From NCBI GenBank assembly GCA_964016885.1, contig OZ024742.1, forward strand, positions 14,508,001 through 14,572,000: a stretch of DNA of 64,000 nt, written 5' to 3'. Both the position numbers and the translations under genes were made by a program. Positions 1-15,000 of this stretch are shown piece by piece (within the stretch, counting starts at the first letter, position 1; each line of letters begins with the position of its first letter). Source of the stretch: Eledone cirrhosa. Lineage: Eukaryota. The notes beneath the pieces are model-generated. The model saw only the letters and a list, made by a program, of their open reading frames with translations, was not told where the DNA came from and searched no databases.

Positions 1-3000
1 CACTTGACCTGTTTCAGTGGTGACAGTCTGAAGTTTGTCCAGTTCTCTAGTCCACTTGACTTGTTTCAGTGGTGACAGTCTGTGAAGTTTGTCCAATCCT
101 CTAGTCCACTTGATCTGTTTCAGTGGTGACAGTCTGTGAAGTTTGTCCAGTCATCTAGTTCACTTGACCTGTCTCAGTGGTGACAGTCTGTGAAGTTTGT
201 CCAGTCCCCTAGTCCACTTGACCTGTTTCAGTGGTGACAGTCTGTGAAGTCTGTCCAGTCCTCTAGTCCACTTGACCTGTTTCAGTGGTGACAGTCTGTG
301 AAGTTTGTCCAATACCCTAGTCCACTTGACCTGTTTCAGTGGTGACAGTCTGTGAAGTTTGTCCAGTCCTCTAGTCCACTTGACCTGTTTCAGTGGTGAC
401 AGTCTGTGAAGTTTGTCCAGTCCCCTAGTCCACTTGACCTGTTTCAGTGGTGACAGTCTGTGAAGTTTGTCCAATCCTCTAGTCCACTTGACCTGTTTCA
501 GTGGTGACAGTCTGTGAAGTTTGTCCAGTCCTCTAGTTCACTTGACCTGTTTCAGTGGTGACAGTCTGTGAAGTTTGTCCAGTCCTCTAGTGCACTTGAC
601 CTGTTTCAGTGGTGACAGTCTGTGAAGTTTGTCCAGTCCTCTAGTTCACTTGACCTGTTTCAGTGGTGACAGTCTGTGAAGTTTGTCCAGTCCTCTAGTT
701 CACTTGACCTGTTTCAGTGGTGACAGTCTGTGAAGTTTGTCCAGTCCTCTAGTTCACTTGACCTGTTTCAGTGGTGACAGTCTGTGAAGTTTGTCCAGTC
801 CTCTAGTTCACTTGACCTGTTTCAGTGGTGACAGTCTGTGAAGTTTGTCCAGTCCTCTAGTTCACTTGACCTGTTTCAGTGGTGACAGTCTTTGAAGTTT
901 GTCCAGTCCTCTAGTTCACTTGACCTGTTTCAGTGGTGACAGTCTGTGAAGGTTGTCCAGTCCCCTAGTCCACTTGACCTGTTTCAGTGGTGACAGTCTG
1001 TGAAGTTTGTCCAGTCCTCTAGTTCACTTGACCTGTTTCAGTGGTGACAGTCTGTGAAGTTTGTCCAGTCCTCTAGTCCACTTGACCTGTTTCAGTGGTG
1101 ACAGTCTGTGAAGTTTGTCCAGTCCTCTAGTCCACTTGACCTGTTTCAGTGGTGACAGTCTGTGAAATTGGTCCAATCCTCTAGTCCACTTGACCTGTTT
1201 CAGTGGTGACAGTCTGTGAAGTTTGTCCAGTCCTCTAGTCCACTTGACCTGTTTCAGTGGTGACAGTCTGTGAAGTTTGACCAGTCCTCTAGTCCACTTG
1301 GCCTGTTTCAGTGGTGACAGTCTGAAGTTTGTCCAGTTCTCTAGTCCATTTGACCTGTTTCAGTGGTGACAGTCTGTGAAGTTTGTCCAATCCTCTAGTC
1401 CACTTGGCCTGTTTCAGTGGTGACAGTCTGTGAAGTTTGTCCAGTCCTCTAGTTCACTTGACCTGTTTCAGTGGTGACAGTCTGTGAAGTTTGTCCCATC
1501 CCCTAGTCCACTTGACCTGTTTCAGTGGTGACAGTCTGTGAAGTTTGTCCAGTCCCCTAGTTCACTTGACCTGTTTCAGTGGTGACAGTCTGTGAAGTTT
1601 GTTCAGTCCTCTAGTCCACTTGACCTGTTTCAGTGGTGACAGTCTGTGAAGTTTGTCCAGTCCTCTAGTTCACTTGACCTGTTTCAGTGGTGACAGTCTG
1701 TGAAGTTTGTCCAATCCTCTAGTCCACTTGACCTGTTTCAGTGGTGACAGTCTGTGAAGTTTGTCCAGTTCTCTAGTCCACTTGACCTGTTTCAGTGGTG
1801 ACAGTCTGTGAAGTTTGTTCAGTCCCCTAGTCCACTTGACCTGTTTCAGTGGTGACAGTCTGTGAAGTTTGTCCAGTTCCCTAGTCCACTTGACCTGTTT
1901 CAGTGATGACAGTCTGAAGTTTGTCCAGTTCTCTAGTTCACTCGACCGGTTTCAGTGGTGACAGTCTGTGAAGGTTGTCCAGTTCTCTAGTTCCTTTGAC
2001 CTGTTTCAGTGGTGACAGTCTGAAGTTTGTCCAGTCCCCTAGTCCACTTGACCTGTTTCAGTGATGACAGTCTGAAGTTTGTTCAGTCCCCTAGTCCACT
2101 TGACCTGTTTCAGTGGTGACAGTCTGTGAAGTTTGTACAGTCCCCTAGTCCACTTGACCTGTTTCAGTGATGACAGTCTGAAGTTTGTCCAGTTCTCTAG
2201 TTCACTTGACCTGTTTCAGTGGTGACAGTCTGTGAAGTTTGTCCAATCCTCTAGTCCACTTGACCTATATGAGTGGTGACAGTCTGTGAAGTTTGTTCAG
2301 TCCCCTAGTCCACTTGACCTGTTTCAGTGGTGACAGTCTGAAGTTTGTCAAGTTCTCTAGTCCACTTGACCTGTTTCAGTGGTGAGTCTGTGAAGTTTGT
2401 TCAGTACTCTAGTCAGCTTGACCTGTTTCAGTGGTGAATCTGTGAAGTTTGTTCAGTCCCCTAGTCCACTTGACCTGTTTCAGTGGTGACAGTCTGAAGT
2501 TTGTCCAGTTCTCTAGTTCACTTGACCTGTTTCAGTGGTGACAGTCTGTGAAGTTTGTCCAATCCTCTAGTCCACTTGACCTGTCTCAATGGTGACAGTC
2601 TGTGAAGTTGGTCCAGTTCTCTAGTCCACTTAACCTGTTTCAGTGGTGACAGTCTGTGAAGTTTGTCCAATCCTCTAGTCCACTTGACCTGTTTCAGTGG
2701 TGACAGTCTGTGAAGTTTGTCCAGTTCTCTAGTCCACTTGACCTGTTTCAGTGGTGACAGTCTGTGAAGTTTGTCCAGTCCCCTAGTCCACTTGACCTGT
2801 TTCAGTGGTGACAGTCTGTGAAGTTTGTCCAATCCTCTAGTCCACTTGACCTGTTTCAGTGGTGACAGTCTGTGAAGTTTGTCCAGTCCTCTAGTTCACT
2901 TGACCTGTTTCAGTGGTGACAGTCTGAAGTTTGTCCAGTCCTCTAGTGCACTTGACCTGTTTCAGTGGTGACAGTCTGTGAAGTTTGTCCAGTCCTCTAG

Positions 3001-6000
3001 TTCACTTGACCTGTTTCAGTGGTGACAGTCTGTGAAGTTTGTCCAGTCCTCTAGTTCACTTGACCTGTTTCAGTGGTGACAGTCTGTGAAGTTTGTCCAG
3101 TCCTCTAGTTCACTTGACCTGTTTCAGTGGTGACAGTCTGTGAAGTTTGTCCAGTCCTCTAGTTCACTTGACCTGTTTCAGTGGTGACAGTCTGTGAAGT
3201 TTGTCCAGTCCTCTAGTTCACTTGACCTGTTTCAGTGGTGACAGTCTTTGAAGTTTGTCCAGTCCTCTAGTTCACTTGACCTGTTTCAGTGGTTACAGTC
3301 TGTGAAGTTTGTCCAGTCCTCTAGTTCACTTGACCTGTTTCAGTGGTGACAGTCTGTGAAGTTGTCCAGTCCTCTAGTCCACTTGACCTGTTTCAGTGGT
3401 GACAGTCTGTGAAGTTTGTCCAGTCCTCTAGTCCACTTGACCTGTTTCAGTGGTGACAGTCTGTGAAATTGGTCCAATCCTCTAGTCCACTTGACCTGTT
3501 TCAGTGGTGACAGTCTGTGAAGTTTGACCAGTCCTCTAGTTCACTTGACCTGTCTCAGTGGTGACAGTCTGAAGTTTGTCCAGTTCTCTAGTCCACTTGA
3601 CCTGTTTCAGTGGTGAGTCTGTGAAGTTTGTCCAGTCCTCTAGTTCACTTGACCTGTTTCAGTGGTGACAGTCTGAAGTGTGTCCAGTTCTCTAGTCCAT
3701 TTGACCTGTTTCAGTGGTGACAGTCTGAAGTTTGTCCAGTTCTCTAGTCCACTTGACCTGTTTCAGTGGTGACAGTCTGTGAAGTTTGTCCAGTCCTCTA
3801 GTTCACTTGACCTGTTTCAGTGGTGACAGTCTGAAGTTTGTCCAGTTCTCTAGTCCACTTGACCTGTTTCAGTGGTGACAGTCTGAAGTTTGTCCAGTTC
3901 TCTAGTCCACTTGACCTGTCTCAGTGGTGACAGTCTGTGAAGTTTGTCCAGTCCTCTAGTTCACTTGACCTGTTTCAGTGGTGACAGTCTGAAGTTTGTC
4001 CAGTTCTCTAGTCCACTTGACCTGTCTCAGTGGTGACAGTCTGTGAAGTTTGTCCAGTCCTCTAGTCCACTTGACCTGTTTCAGTGGTGACAGTCTGAAG
4101 TTTGTCCAGTTCTCTAGTCCACTTGACCTGTTTCAGTGGTGACAGTCTGTGAAGTTTGTCCAGTCCTCTAGTTCACTTGACCTGTTTCAGTGGTGACAGT
4201 CTGAAGTTTGTCCAGTCCTCTAGTCCACTTGACCTGTTTCAGTGGTGACAGTCTGTGAAGTTTGTCCAGTCCTCTAGTTCACTTGACCTGTTTCAGTGGT
4301 GACAGTCTGTGAAGTTTGTCCAATCCCCTAGTCCACTTGACCTGTTTCAGTGGTGACAGTCTGAAGTTTGTCCAGTCCCCTAGTTCACTTGACCTGTTTC
4401 AGTGGTGACAGTCTGTGAAGTTTGTTCAGTCCTCTAGTCCACTTGACCTGTTTCAGTGGTGACAGTCTGTGAAGTTTGTCCAGTCCTCTAGTTCACTTGA
4501 CCTGTTTCAGTGGTGACAGTCTGTGAAGTTTGTCCAATCCTCTAGTCCACTTGACCTGTTTCAGTGGTGACAGTCTGTGAAGTTTGTCCAGTTCTCTAGT
4601 CCACTTGACCTGTTTCAGTGGTGACAGTCTGTGAAGTTTGTCCAGTTCCCTAGTCCACTTGACCTGTTTCAGTGATGACAGTCTGAAGTTTGTCCAGTTC
4701 TCTAGTTCACTTGACCGGTTTCAGTGGTGACAGTCTGTGAAGGTTGTCCAGTTCTCTAGTTCCTTTGACCTGTTTCAGTGGTGACAGTCTGAAGTTTGTC
4801 CAGTCCCCTAGTCCACTTGACCTGTTACAGTGGTGACAGTCTGTGAAGTTTGTTCAGTCCCCTAGTCCACTTGACCTGTCTCAGTGGTGACGGTCTGAAG
4901 TTTGTCCAGTCCCCTAGTCCACTTGACCTGTTTCAGTGATGACAGTCTGAAGTTTGTTCAGTCCCCTAGTCCACTTGACCTGTTTCAGTGGTGACAGTCT
5001 GTGAAGTTTGTACAGTCCCCTAGTCCACTTGACCTGTTTCAGTGATGACAGTCTGAAGTTTGTCCAGTTCTCTAGTTCACTTGACCTGTTTCAGTGGTGA
5101 CAGTCTGTGAAGTTTGTCCAATCCTCTAGTCCACTTGACCTGTATGAGTGGTGACAGTCTGTGAAGTTTGTTCAGTCCCCTAGTCCACTTGACCTGTTTC
5201 AGTGGTGACAGTCTGAAGTTTGTCCAGTTCTGTAGTCCACTTGACCTGTTTCAGTGGTGAGTCTGTGAAGTTTGTTCAGTACTCTAGTCCACTTGACCTG
5301 TTTCAGTGGTGAATCTGTGAAGTTTGTTCAGTCCCCTAGTCCACTTGACCTGTTTCAGTGGTGACAGTCTGAAGTTTGTCCAGTTCTCTAGTTCACTTGA
5401 CCTGTTTCAGTGGTGACAGTCTGTGAAGTTTGTCCAATCCTCTAGTCCACTTGACCTATCTCAATGGTGACAGTCTGTGAAGTTGGTCCAGTTCTCTAGT
5501 CCACTTGACCTGTTTCAGTGGTGACAGTCTGTGAAGTTTGTCCAATCCTCTAGTCCACTTGACCTGTTTCAGTGGTGACAGTCTGTGAAGTTTGTCCAGT
5601 TCTCTAGTCCACTTGACCTGTTTCAGTGGTGACAGTCTGTGAAGTTTGTCCAGTTCTCTAGTCCACTTGACCTGTATGAGTGGTGACAGTCTGTGAAGTT
5701 GGTCCAGTCATCTAGTCCACTTGACCTGTTTCAGTGGTGACAGTCTGTGAAGTTTGTCCAGTTCTCTAGTCCACTTGACCTGTCTCAGTGGTGACAGTCT
5801 GTGAAGTTTGTCTAGTTCTCTAGTCCACTTGACCTGTTTCAGTGGTGACAGTCTGTGAAGTTTATTCAGTCCCCTAGTCCACTTGACCTGTTTCAGTGGT
5901 GACAGTCTGTGAAGTTGGTCCAGTCATCTAGTCCACTTGACCTGTTTCAGTGGTGACAGTCTGTGAAGGTTGTCCAGTCCCCTAGTCCACCTGACCTGTC

Positions 6001-9000
6001 TCAGTGGTGACAGTCTGTGAAGTTTGTCCAGTTCTCTAGTCCACTTGACCTGTTTCAGTGGTGGCAGTCTGTGAAGGTTGTCCAGTCCCCTAGTCCACCT
6101 GACCTGTCTCAGTGGTGACAGTCTGTGAAGTTTGTTCAGTCCCCTAGTCCACTTGACCTGTTTCAGTGGTGACAGTCTGTGAAGTTTGTCCAGTTCTCTA
6201 GTCCACTCGACCTGTTTCAGTGGTGACAGTCTGTGAAGGTTGTCCAGTCCCCTAGTCCACCTGACCTGTCTCAGTGGTGACAGTCTGTGAAGTTTGTCCA
6301 GTTCTCTAGTCCACTTGACCTGTTTCAGTGGTGACAGTCTGTGAAGTTTGTCCAATCCTCTAGTCCATTTGACCTGTATGAGTGGTGACAGTCTGTGAAG
6401 TTTGTCCAGTCCCCTCGTCCACTTGACCTGTTTCAGTGGTGACAGTCTGTGAAGGTTGTCCAGTCCCCTAATCCACTTGACCTGTTTCAGTGGTGACAGT
6501 CTGTGAAGTTTGTCCAATCCTCTAGTCCACCTGACCTGTCTCAGTGGTGACAGTCTGTGAAGTTTGTCCAGTCCCCTCGTCCACTTGACCTGTTTCAGTG
6601 GTGACAGTCTGTGAAGGTTGTCCAGTCCCCTAATCCACTTGACCTGTCTCAGTGGTGGCAGTCTGTGAAGTTTGTCCAGTCCCCTCGTCCACTTGACCTG
6701 TTTCAGTGGTGACAGTCTGTGAAGGTTGTCCAGTCCCCTAATCCACTTGACCTGTTTCAGTGGTGACAGTCTGTGAAGGTTGTCCAGTCCCCTAATCCAC
6801 TTGACCTGTCTCAGTGGTGACAGTCTGTGAAGGTTGTCCAGTCCCCTAATCCACTTGACCTGTCTCAGTGGTGACAGTCTGTGAAGTTTGTCCAGTCCCC
6901 TCGTCCACTTGACCTGTTTCAGTGGTGACAGTCTGTGAAGGTTGTCCAGTCCCCTCGTCCACTTGACCTGTTTCAGTGGTGACAGTCTGTGAAGGTTGTC
7001 CAGTCCCCTAGTCCACTTGACCTGTCTCAGTGGTGAAAGTCTGTGAAGTTTGTTCAGTCCCCTAGTCCACTTGACCTGTTTCAGTGGTGACAGTCTGTGA
7101 AGTTTGTCCAGTCCTCTAGTCCACTTGACCTGTTTCAGTGGTGACAGTCTGTAAAGTTTGTCCAGTCCTCTAGTTCACTTGACCTGTCTCAGTGGTGACA
7201 GTCTGTGAAGTTTGTCCAGTCCTCTAGTTCACTTGACCTGTTTCAGTGGTGACAGTCTGTGAAGTTTGTCCAGTCCTCTAGTTCACTTGACCTGTTTCAG
7301 TGGTGACAGTCTGTGAAGTTTGTCCAGTCCTCTAGTCCACTTGACCTGTTTCAGTGGTGACAGTCTGTGAAGTTTGTCCAGTCCTCCAGTTCACTTGACC
7401 TGTTTCAGTGGTGACAGTCTGTGAAGTTTGTCCAGTCCTCTAGTTCACTTGACCTGTCTCAGTGGTGACAGTCTGTGAAGTTTGTCCAGTCCTCTAGTTC
7501 ACTTGACCTGTTTCAGTGGTGACAGTCTGTGAAGTTTGTCCAGTCCTCTAGTCCACTTGACCTGTTTCAGTGGTGACAGTCTGTGAAGTTTGTCCAGTCC
7601 TCCAGTTCACTTGACCTGTCTCAGTGGTGACAGTCTGTGAAGTTTGTCCAGTCCTCTAGTTCACTTGACCTGTTTCAGTGGTGACAGTCTGTGAAGTTTG
7701 TCCAGTCCTCTAGTTCACTTGACCTGTTTCAGTGGTGACAGTCTGTGAAGTTTGTCCAGTCCTCTAGTGCACTTGACCTGTTTCAGTGGTGACAGTCTGT
7801 GAAGTTTGTCCAGTCCTCCAGTTCACTTGACCTGTTTCAGTGGTGACAGTCTGTGAAGTTTGTCCAGTCCTCTAGTTCACTTGACCTGTCTCAGTGCTGA
7901 CAGTCTGTGAAGTTTGTCCAATCCCCTAGTCCACTTGACATGTTTCAGTGGTGACAGTCTGTGAAGTTTGTCCAGTCCCCTAGTCCACTTGACCTGTTTC
8001 AGTGATGACAGTCTGAAGTTTGTCCAGTTCTCTAGTTCACTTGACCTGTTTCAGTGGTGACAGTCTGTGAAGTTTGTCCAATCCTCTAGTCCACTTGACC
8101 TGTATGAGTGGTGACAGTCTGTGAAGTTTGTCCAGTCCCCTCGTCCACTTGACCTATTTCAGTGGTGACAGTCTGAAGTTTGTCCAGTTCTCTAGTCCAC
8201 TTGACCTGTTTCAGTGGTGACAGTCTGTGAAGTTTGTCCAGTTCTCTAGTCCACTTGACCTGTTTCAGTGGTGAGTCTGTGAAGTTTGTTCAGTCCTCTA
8301 GTCCACATGACCTGTTTCAGTGGTGACAGTCTGTGAAGTTTGTCCAGTTCTCTAGTCCACTTGACCTGTTTCAGTGGTGACAGTCTGTGAAGGTTGTCCA
8401 GTCCCCTAGTCCACTTGACCTGTCTCAGTGGTGACAGTCTGTGAAGTTTGTTCAGTCCCCTAGTCCACTTGACCTGTTTCAGTGGTGACAGTCTGTGAAG
8501 TTTGTCCAGTTCTCTAGTCCACTTGACCTGTTTCAGTGGTGACAGACTGTGAAGTTTGTTCAGTCCCCTAGTCCACTTGACCTGTCTCAGTGGTGACAGT
8601 CTGTGAAGTTTGTCCAGTCCCCTAGTCCACTTGACCTGTTTCAGTGGTGACAGTCTGAAGTTTGTTCAGTCCTCTAGTCCACATGACCTGTTTCAGTGGT
8701 GACAGTCTGTGAAGTTTGTCCAGTTCTCTAGTCCACTTGACCTGTTTCAGTGGTGACAGTCTGTGAAGGTTGTCCAGTCCCCTAGTCCACTTGACCTGTC
8801 TCAGTGGTGACAGTCTGTGAAGTTTGTTCAGTCCCCTAGTCCACTTGACCTGTTTCAGTGGTGACAGTCTCTGAAGTTCGTCCAGTTCTCTAGTCCACTT
8901 GACCTGTTTCAGTGGTGACAGTCAGTTAAGTTTGTTCAGTCCCCTAGTCCACTTGACCTGTTTCAGTGGTGACAGTCTGAAGTTTGTTCAGTCCTCTAGT

Positions 9001-12000
9001 CCACATGACCTGTTTCAGTGGTGACAGTCTCTGAAGTTCGTCCAGTTCTCTAGTCCACTTGACCTGTTTCAGTGGTGACAGTCAGTTAAGTTTGTTCAGT
9101 CCCCTAGTCCACTTGACCTGTTTCAGTGGTGACAGTCTGTGAAGTTTGTCCAGTTCTCTAGTCCACTTGACCTGTTTCAGTGGTGACAGTCTGTGAAGGT
9201 TGTCCAGTTCTCTAGTCCACTTGACCTGTTTCAGTGGTGACAGACTGTGAAGTTTGTTCAGTCCCCTAGTCCACTTGACCTGTCTCAGTGGTGACAGTCT
9301 GTGAAGTTTGTCCAGTCCCCTAGTCCACTTGACCTGTTTCAGTGGTGACAGTCTGTGAAGTTTGTCCAGTCCTCTAGTTCACTTGACCTGTCTCAGTGGT
9401 GACAGTCTGTGAAGTTTGTCCAGTCCTCTAGTCCACTTGACCTGTTTCAGTGGTGACAGTCTGTGAAGTTTGTCCAGTCCCCTAGTCCACTTGACCTGTT
9501 TCAGTGGTGACAGTCTGTGAAGTTTGTCCAGTCCTCTAGTCCACTTGACCTGTTTCAGTGGTGACAGTCTGTGAAGTTTGTCCAGTCCTCTAGTTAACTT
9601 GACCTGTTTCAGTGGTGACAGTCTGTGAAGTTTGTCCAGTCCTCTAGTTCACTTGACCTGTTTCAGTGGTGACAGTCTGTGAAGTTTGTCCAGTCCTCTA
9701 GTTAACTTGACCTGTTTCAGTGGTGACAGTCTGTGAAGTTTGTACAGTTCTCTAGTTCACTTGACCTGTCTCAGTGGTGACAGTCTGTGAAGTTTGTCCA
9801 ATCCTCTAGTCCACTTGACCTGTTTCAGTGGTGACAGTCTGTGAAGTTTGTTCAGTCCCCTAGTCCACTTCACCTGTTTCAGTGGTGACAGTCTGTGAAG
9901 TTTGTCCAGTTATCTAGTCCACTTGACCTGTTTCAGTGGTGACAGTCTGTAAAGTTTGTCCAGTCCTCTAGTCCACTTGACCTGTTTCAGTGGTGACAGT
10001 CTGTGAAGTTTGTCCAGTCCTCTAGTTAACTTGACCTGTTTCAGTGGTGACAGTCTGTGAAGTTTGTCCAGTCCTCTAGTTCACTTGACCTGTCTCAGTG
10101 GTGACAGTCTGTGAAGTTTGTCCAATCCTCTAGTCCACTTGACCTGTTTCAGTGGTGACAGTCTGTGAAGTTTGTCCAGTCCCCTAGTCCACTTGACCTG
10201 TTTCAGTGGTGACAGTCTGTGAAGTTTGTTCAGTCCCCTAGTCCACTTCACCTGTTTCAGTGGTGACAGTCTGTGAAGTTTGTCCAGTTATCTAGTCCAC
10301 TTGACCTGTTTCAGTGGTGACAGTCTGTAAAGTTTGTCCAGTCCTCTAGTCCACTTGACCTGTTATAGTGGAGACAGTCTGTGAAGTTTGTTCAGTCCCC
10401 TAGTCCACTTGACCTGTTTCAGTGATGACAGTCTGAAGTTTGTTCAGTCCCCTAGTCCACTTGACATGTTTCAGTGGTGACAGTCTGTGAAGTTTGACCA
10501 ATCCCCTAGTCCACTTGACCTGTTTCAGTGATGACAGTCTGAACTTTGTCCAGTTCTCTAGTTCACTTGACCGGTTTCAGTGGTGACAGTCTGAAGTTTG
10601 TCCAGTCCCCTAGTCCACTTGACCTGTTTCAGTGGTGACAGTCTGTGAAGGTTGTCCAGTTCTCTAGTTCCTTTGACCTGTTTCAGTGGTGACAGTCTGA
10701 AGTTTGTCCAGTCCCCTAGTCCACTTGACCTGTTTCAGTGGTGACAGTCTGTGAAGTTTGTTCAGTCCCCTAGTCCACTTGACCTGTTTCAGTGATGACA
10801 GTCTGAAGTTTGTTCAGTCCCCTAGTCCACTTGACATGTTTCAGTGGTGACAGTCTGTTAAGTTTGTCCAGTCCCCTAGTCCACTTGACCTGTTTCAGTG
10901 ATGACAGTCTGAAGTTTGTCCAGTTCTCTAGTTCACTTGACCGGTTTCAGTGGTGACAGTCTGAAGTTTGTCCAGTCCCCTAGTCAACTTGACCTGTTGT
11001 AGTGGTGACAGTCTGTGAAGTTTGTTCAGTCCCCTATTCCACTTGACCTGTTTCAGTGATGACAGTCTGAAGTTTGTTCAGTCCCCTAGTCCACTTGACC
11101 TGTTTCAGTGGTGACAGTCTGTGAAGTTTGTCCAGTCCCCTAGTCCTCTTGACCTGTTTCAGTGATGACAGTCCGAAGTTTGTCCAGTTCTCTAGTTCAC
11201 TTGACCTGTTTCAGTGGTGACAGTCTGTGAAGTTTGTCCAATCCTCTAGTCCATTTGACCTGTATGAGTGGTGACAGTCTGTGAAGTTTGTCCAGTCCCC
11301 TTGTCCACTTGACCTGTTTCAGTGGTGACAGTCTGAAGTTTGTCCAGTTCTCTAGTCCACTTGACCTGTTTCAGTGGTGAGTCTGTGAAGTTTGTTCAGT
11401 CCTCTAGTCCACTTGACTTGTTTCAGTGGTGACAGTCTGTGAAGTTTGTCCAGTTCTCTAGTCCACTTGACCTGTTTCAGTGGTGACAGTCTGTGAAGTT
11501 TGTCCAATCCTCTAGTCCACTTGACCTGTTTTAGTGGTGACAGTCTGTGAAGTTTGTCCAGTTCTCTAGTCCACTTGACCTGTTTCAGTGGTGACAGTCT
11601 GTGAAGTTTGTCCAATCCTCTAGTGCACTTGACCTGTTTCAGTGGTGACAGTCTGTGAAGTTGGTCCAATTCTCTAGTCCACTTGACCTGTCTCAGTGGT
11701 GACAGTCTGTGAAGTTTGTCCAGTTCTCTAGTTCACTTGACCTGTTTCAGTGGTGACAGTCTGTGAAGTTTGTCCAGTTCTCTAGTCCATTTGACCTGTT
11801 TCAGTGGTGATAGTCTGTGAAGTTGGTCCAGTTCTCAAGTCCACTTGACCTGTTTCAGTGGTGATAGTCTGTGAAGTTTGTCCAGTTCTCTAGTCCACTT
11901 GACCTGTCTCAGTGGTGACAGTCTGTGAAGTTTGTCCAGTTCTCTAGTTCACTTGACCTGTTTCAGTGGTGACAGTCTGTGAAGTTTGTCCAGTTCTCTA

Positions 12001-15000
12001 GTCCACTTGACCTGTTTCAGTGGTGATAGTCTGTGAAGTTTGTCCAGTTCTCTAGTCCACTTGACCTGTTTCAGTGGTGATAGTCTGTGAAGTTTGTCCA
12101 GTTCTCTAGTCCACTTGACCTGTTTCAGTGGTGACAGTCTGTGAAGTTTGTCTAATCCTCTAGTCCACTTGACCTGTTTCAGTGGTGACAGTCTGTGAAG
12201 TTTGTCCAGTTCTCTAGTCCACTTGACCTGTCTCAGTGGTGACAGTCTGTGAAGTTTGTCCAGTTCTCTAGTCCACTTGACCTGTCTCAGTGGTGACAGT
12301 CTGTGAAGTTTGTCCAGTTCTCTAGTCCACTTGACCTGTTTCAGTGGTGACAGTCTGTGAAGTTTGTCCAGTCCCCTAGTCCACTTGACCTGTTTCAGTG
12401 GTGACAGTCTGTGAAGTTTGTCCAATCCTCTCGTCCACTTGACCTGTTTCAGTGGTGACAGTCTGTGAAGTTTGTCCAGTTCTCTAGTCCACTTGACCTG
12501 TTTCAGTGGTGAGTGTGAAGTTTGTTCAGTCCTCTAGTCCACTTGACCTGTTTCAGTGGTGACAGTCTGTGAAGTTTGTCCAGTTCTCTAGTCCACTTGA
12601 CCTGTTTCAGTGGTGACAGTCTGTGAAGTTTGTCCAATCCTCTAGTCCACTTGACCTGTTTCAGTGGTGACAGTCTGTGAAGTTTATCCAGTTCTCTAGT
12701 CCACTTGACCTGTTTCAGTGGTGACAGTCTGTGAAGTTTGTCCAATCCTCTAGTGCACTTGACCTGTTTCAGTGGTGACAGTCTGTGAAGTTGGTCCAGT
12801 TCTCTAGTTCACTTGACCTGTTTCAGTGGTGACAGTCTGAACTTTGTCCAATCCTCTAGTCCACTTGACCTGTTTCAGTGGTGATAGTCTGTGAAGTTTG
12901 TCCAGTTCTCTAGTCCACTTGACCTGTCTCAGTGGTGACAGTCTGTGAAGTTTGTCCAGTTCTCTAGTTCACTTGACCTGTTTCAGTGGTGACAGTCTGT
13001 GAAGTTTGTCCAGTTCTCTAGTCCACTTGACCTGTTTCAGTGGTGATAGTCTGTGAAGTTTGTCCAGTTCTCTAGTCCACTTGACCTGTTTCAGTGGTGA
13101 TAGTCTGTGAAGTTTGTCCAGTTCTCTAGTCCACTTGACCTGTTTCAGTGGTGACAGTCTGTGAAGTTTGTCTAATCCTCTAGTCCACTTGACCTGTTTC
13201 AGTGGTGACAGTCTGTGAAGTTTGTCCAGTTCTCTAGTCCACTTGACCTGTCTCAGTGGTGACAGTCTGTGAAGTTTGTCCAGTTCTCTAGTCCACTTGA
13301 CCTGTCTCAGTGGTGACAGTCTGTGAAGTTTGTCCAGTTCTCTAGTCCACTTGACCTGTTTCAGTGGTGACAGTCTGTGAAGTTTGTCCAGTCCCCTAGT
13401 CCACTTGACCTGTTTCAGTGGTGACAGTCTGTGAAGTTTGTCCAATCCTCTCGTCCACTTGACCTGTTTCAGTGGTGACAGTCTGTGAAGTTTGTCCAGT
13501 TCTCTAGTCCACTTGACCTGTTTCAGTGGTGAGTGTGAAGTTTGTTCAGTCCTCTAGTCCACTTGACCTGTTTCAGTGGTGACAGTCTGTGAAGTTTGTC
13601 CAGTTCTCTAGTCCACTTGACCTGTTTCAGTGGTGACAGTCTGTGAAGTTTGTCCAATCCTCTAGTCCACTTGACCTGTTTCAGTGGTGACAGTCTGTGA
13701 AGTTTATCCAGTTCTCTAGTCCACTTGACCTGTTTCAGTGGTGACAGTCTGTGAAGTTTGTCCAATCCTCTAGTGCACTTGACCTGTTTCAGTGGTGACA
13801 GTCTGTGAAGTTGGTCCAGTTCTCTAGTTCACTTGACCTGTTTCAGTGGTGACAGTCTGAACTTTGTCCAATCCTCTAGTCCACTTGACCTGTTCCAGTG
13901 GTGACAGTCTGTGAAGTTTGTCCAGTTCTCTAGTCCACTTGACCTGTTTCAGTGGTGACAGTCTGTGAAGTTTGTCCAATCCTCTAGTCCACTTGACCTG
14001 TTTCAGTGGTGACAGTCTGTGAAGTTGGTCCAGTTCTCAAGTCCACTTGACCTGTTTCAGTGGTGACAGTCTGTGAAGTTTATCCAGTTCTCTAGTCCAC
14101 TTGACCTGTTTCAGTGGTGACAGTCTGTGAAGTTGGTCCAGTTCTCTAGTCCACTTGACCTGTCTCAGTGGTGACAGTCTGTGAAGTTTGTCCAGTTCTC
14201 TAGTCCACTTGACCTGTTTCAGTGGTGACAGTCTGTGAAGTTTGTCCAGTCCCCTAGTCCACTTGACCTGTTTCAGTGGTGACAGTCTGTGAAGTTTGTC
14301 CAGTCCTCTAGTTCACTTGACCTGTCTCAGTGGTGACAGTCTGTGAAGTTTGTCCAGTCCTCTAGTCCACTTGACCTGTTTCACTAGTGACAGTCTGTAA
14401 AGTTTGTCCAGTCCTCTAGTTCACTTGACCTGTTTCAGTGGTGACAGTCTGAAGTTTGTCCAGTTCTCTAGTCCACTTGACCTGTTTCAGTGGTGACAGT
14501 CTGTGAAGTTTGTCCAGTCCTCTAGTTCACTTGACCTGTTTCAGTGGTGACAGTCTGTAAAGTTTGTCCAGTCCTCTAGTCCACTTGACCTGTTTCAGTG
14601 GTGACAGTCTGTGAAGTTTGTCCAGTCCTCTAGTTGACTTGACCTGTTTCAGTGGTGACAGTCTGTGAAGTTTGTCCAGTCCTCTAGTTGACTTGACCTG
14701 TCTCAGTGGTGACAGTCTGTGAAGTTTGTCCAATCCTCTAGTCCACTTGACCTGTTTCAGTGGTGACAGTCTGTGAAGGTTGTCCAGTTCTCTAGTTCCT
14801 TTGACCTGTTTCAGTGGTGACAGTCTGAAGTTTGTCCAGTCCCCTAGTCCACTTGACCTGTTTCAGTGGTGACAGTCTGTGAAGTTTGTTCAGTCCCCTA
14901 GTCCACTTGACCTGTTTCAGTGATGACAGTCTGAAGCTTGTTCAGTCCCCTAGTCCACTTGACATGTTTCAGTGGTGACAGTCTGTTAAGTTTGTCCAGT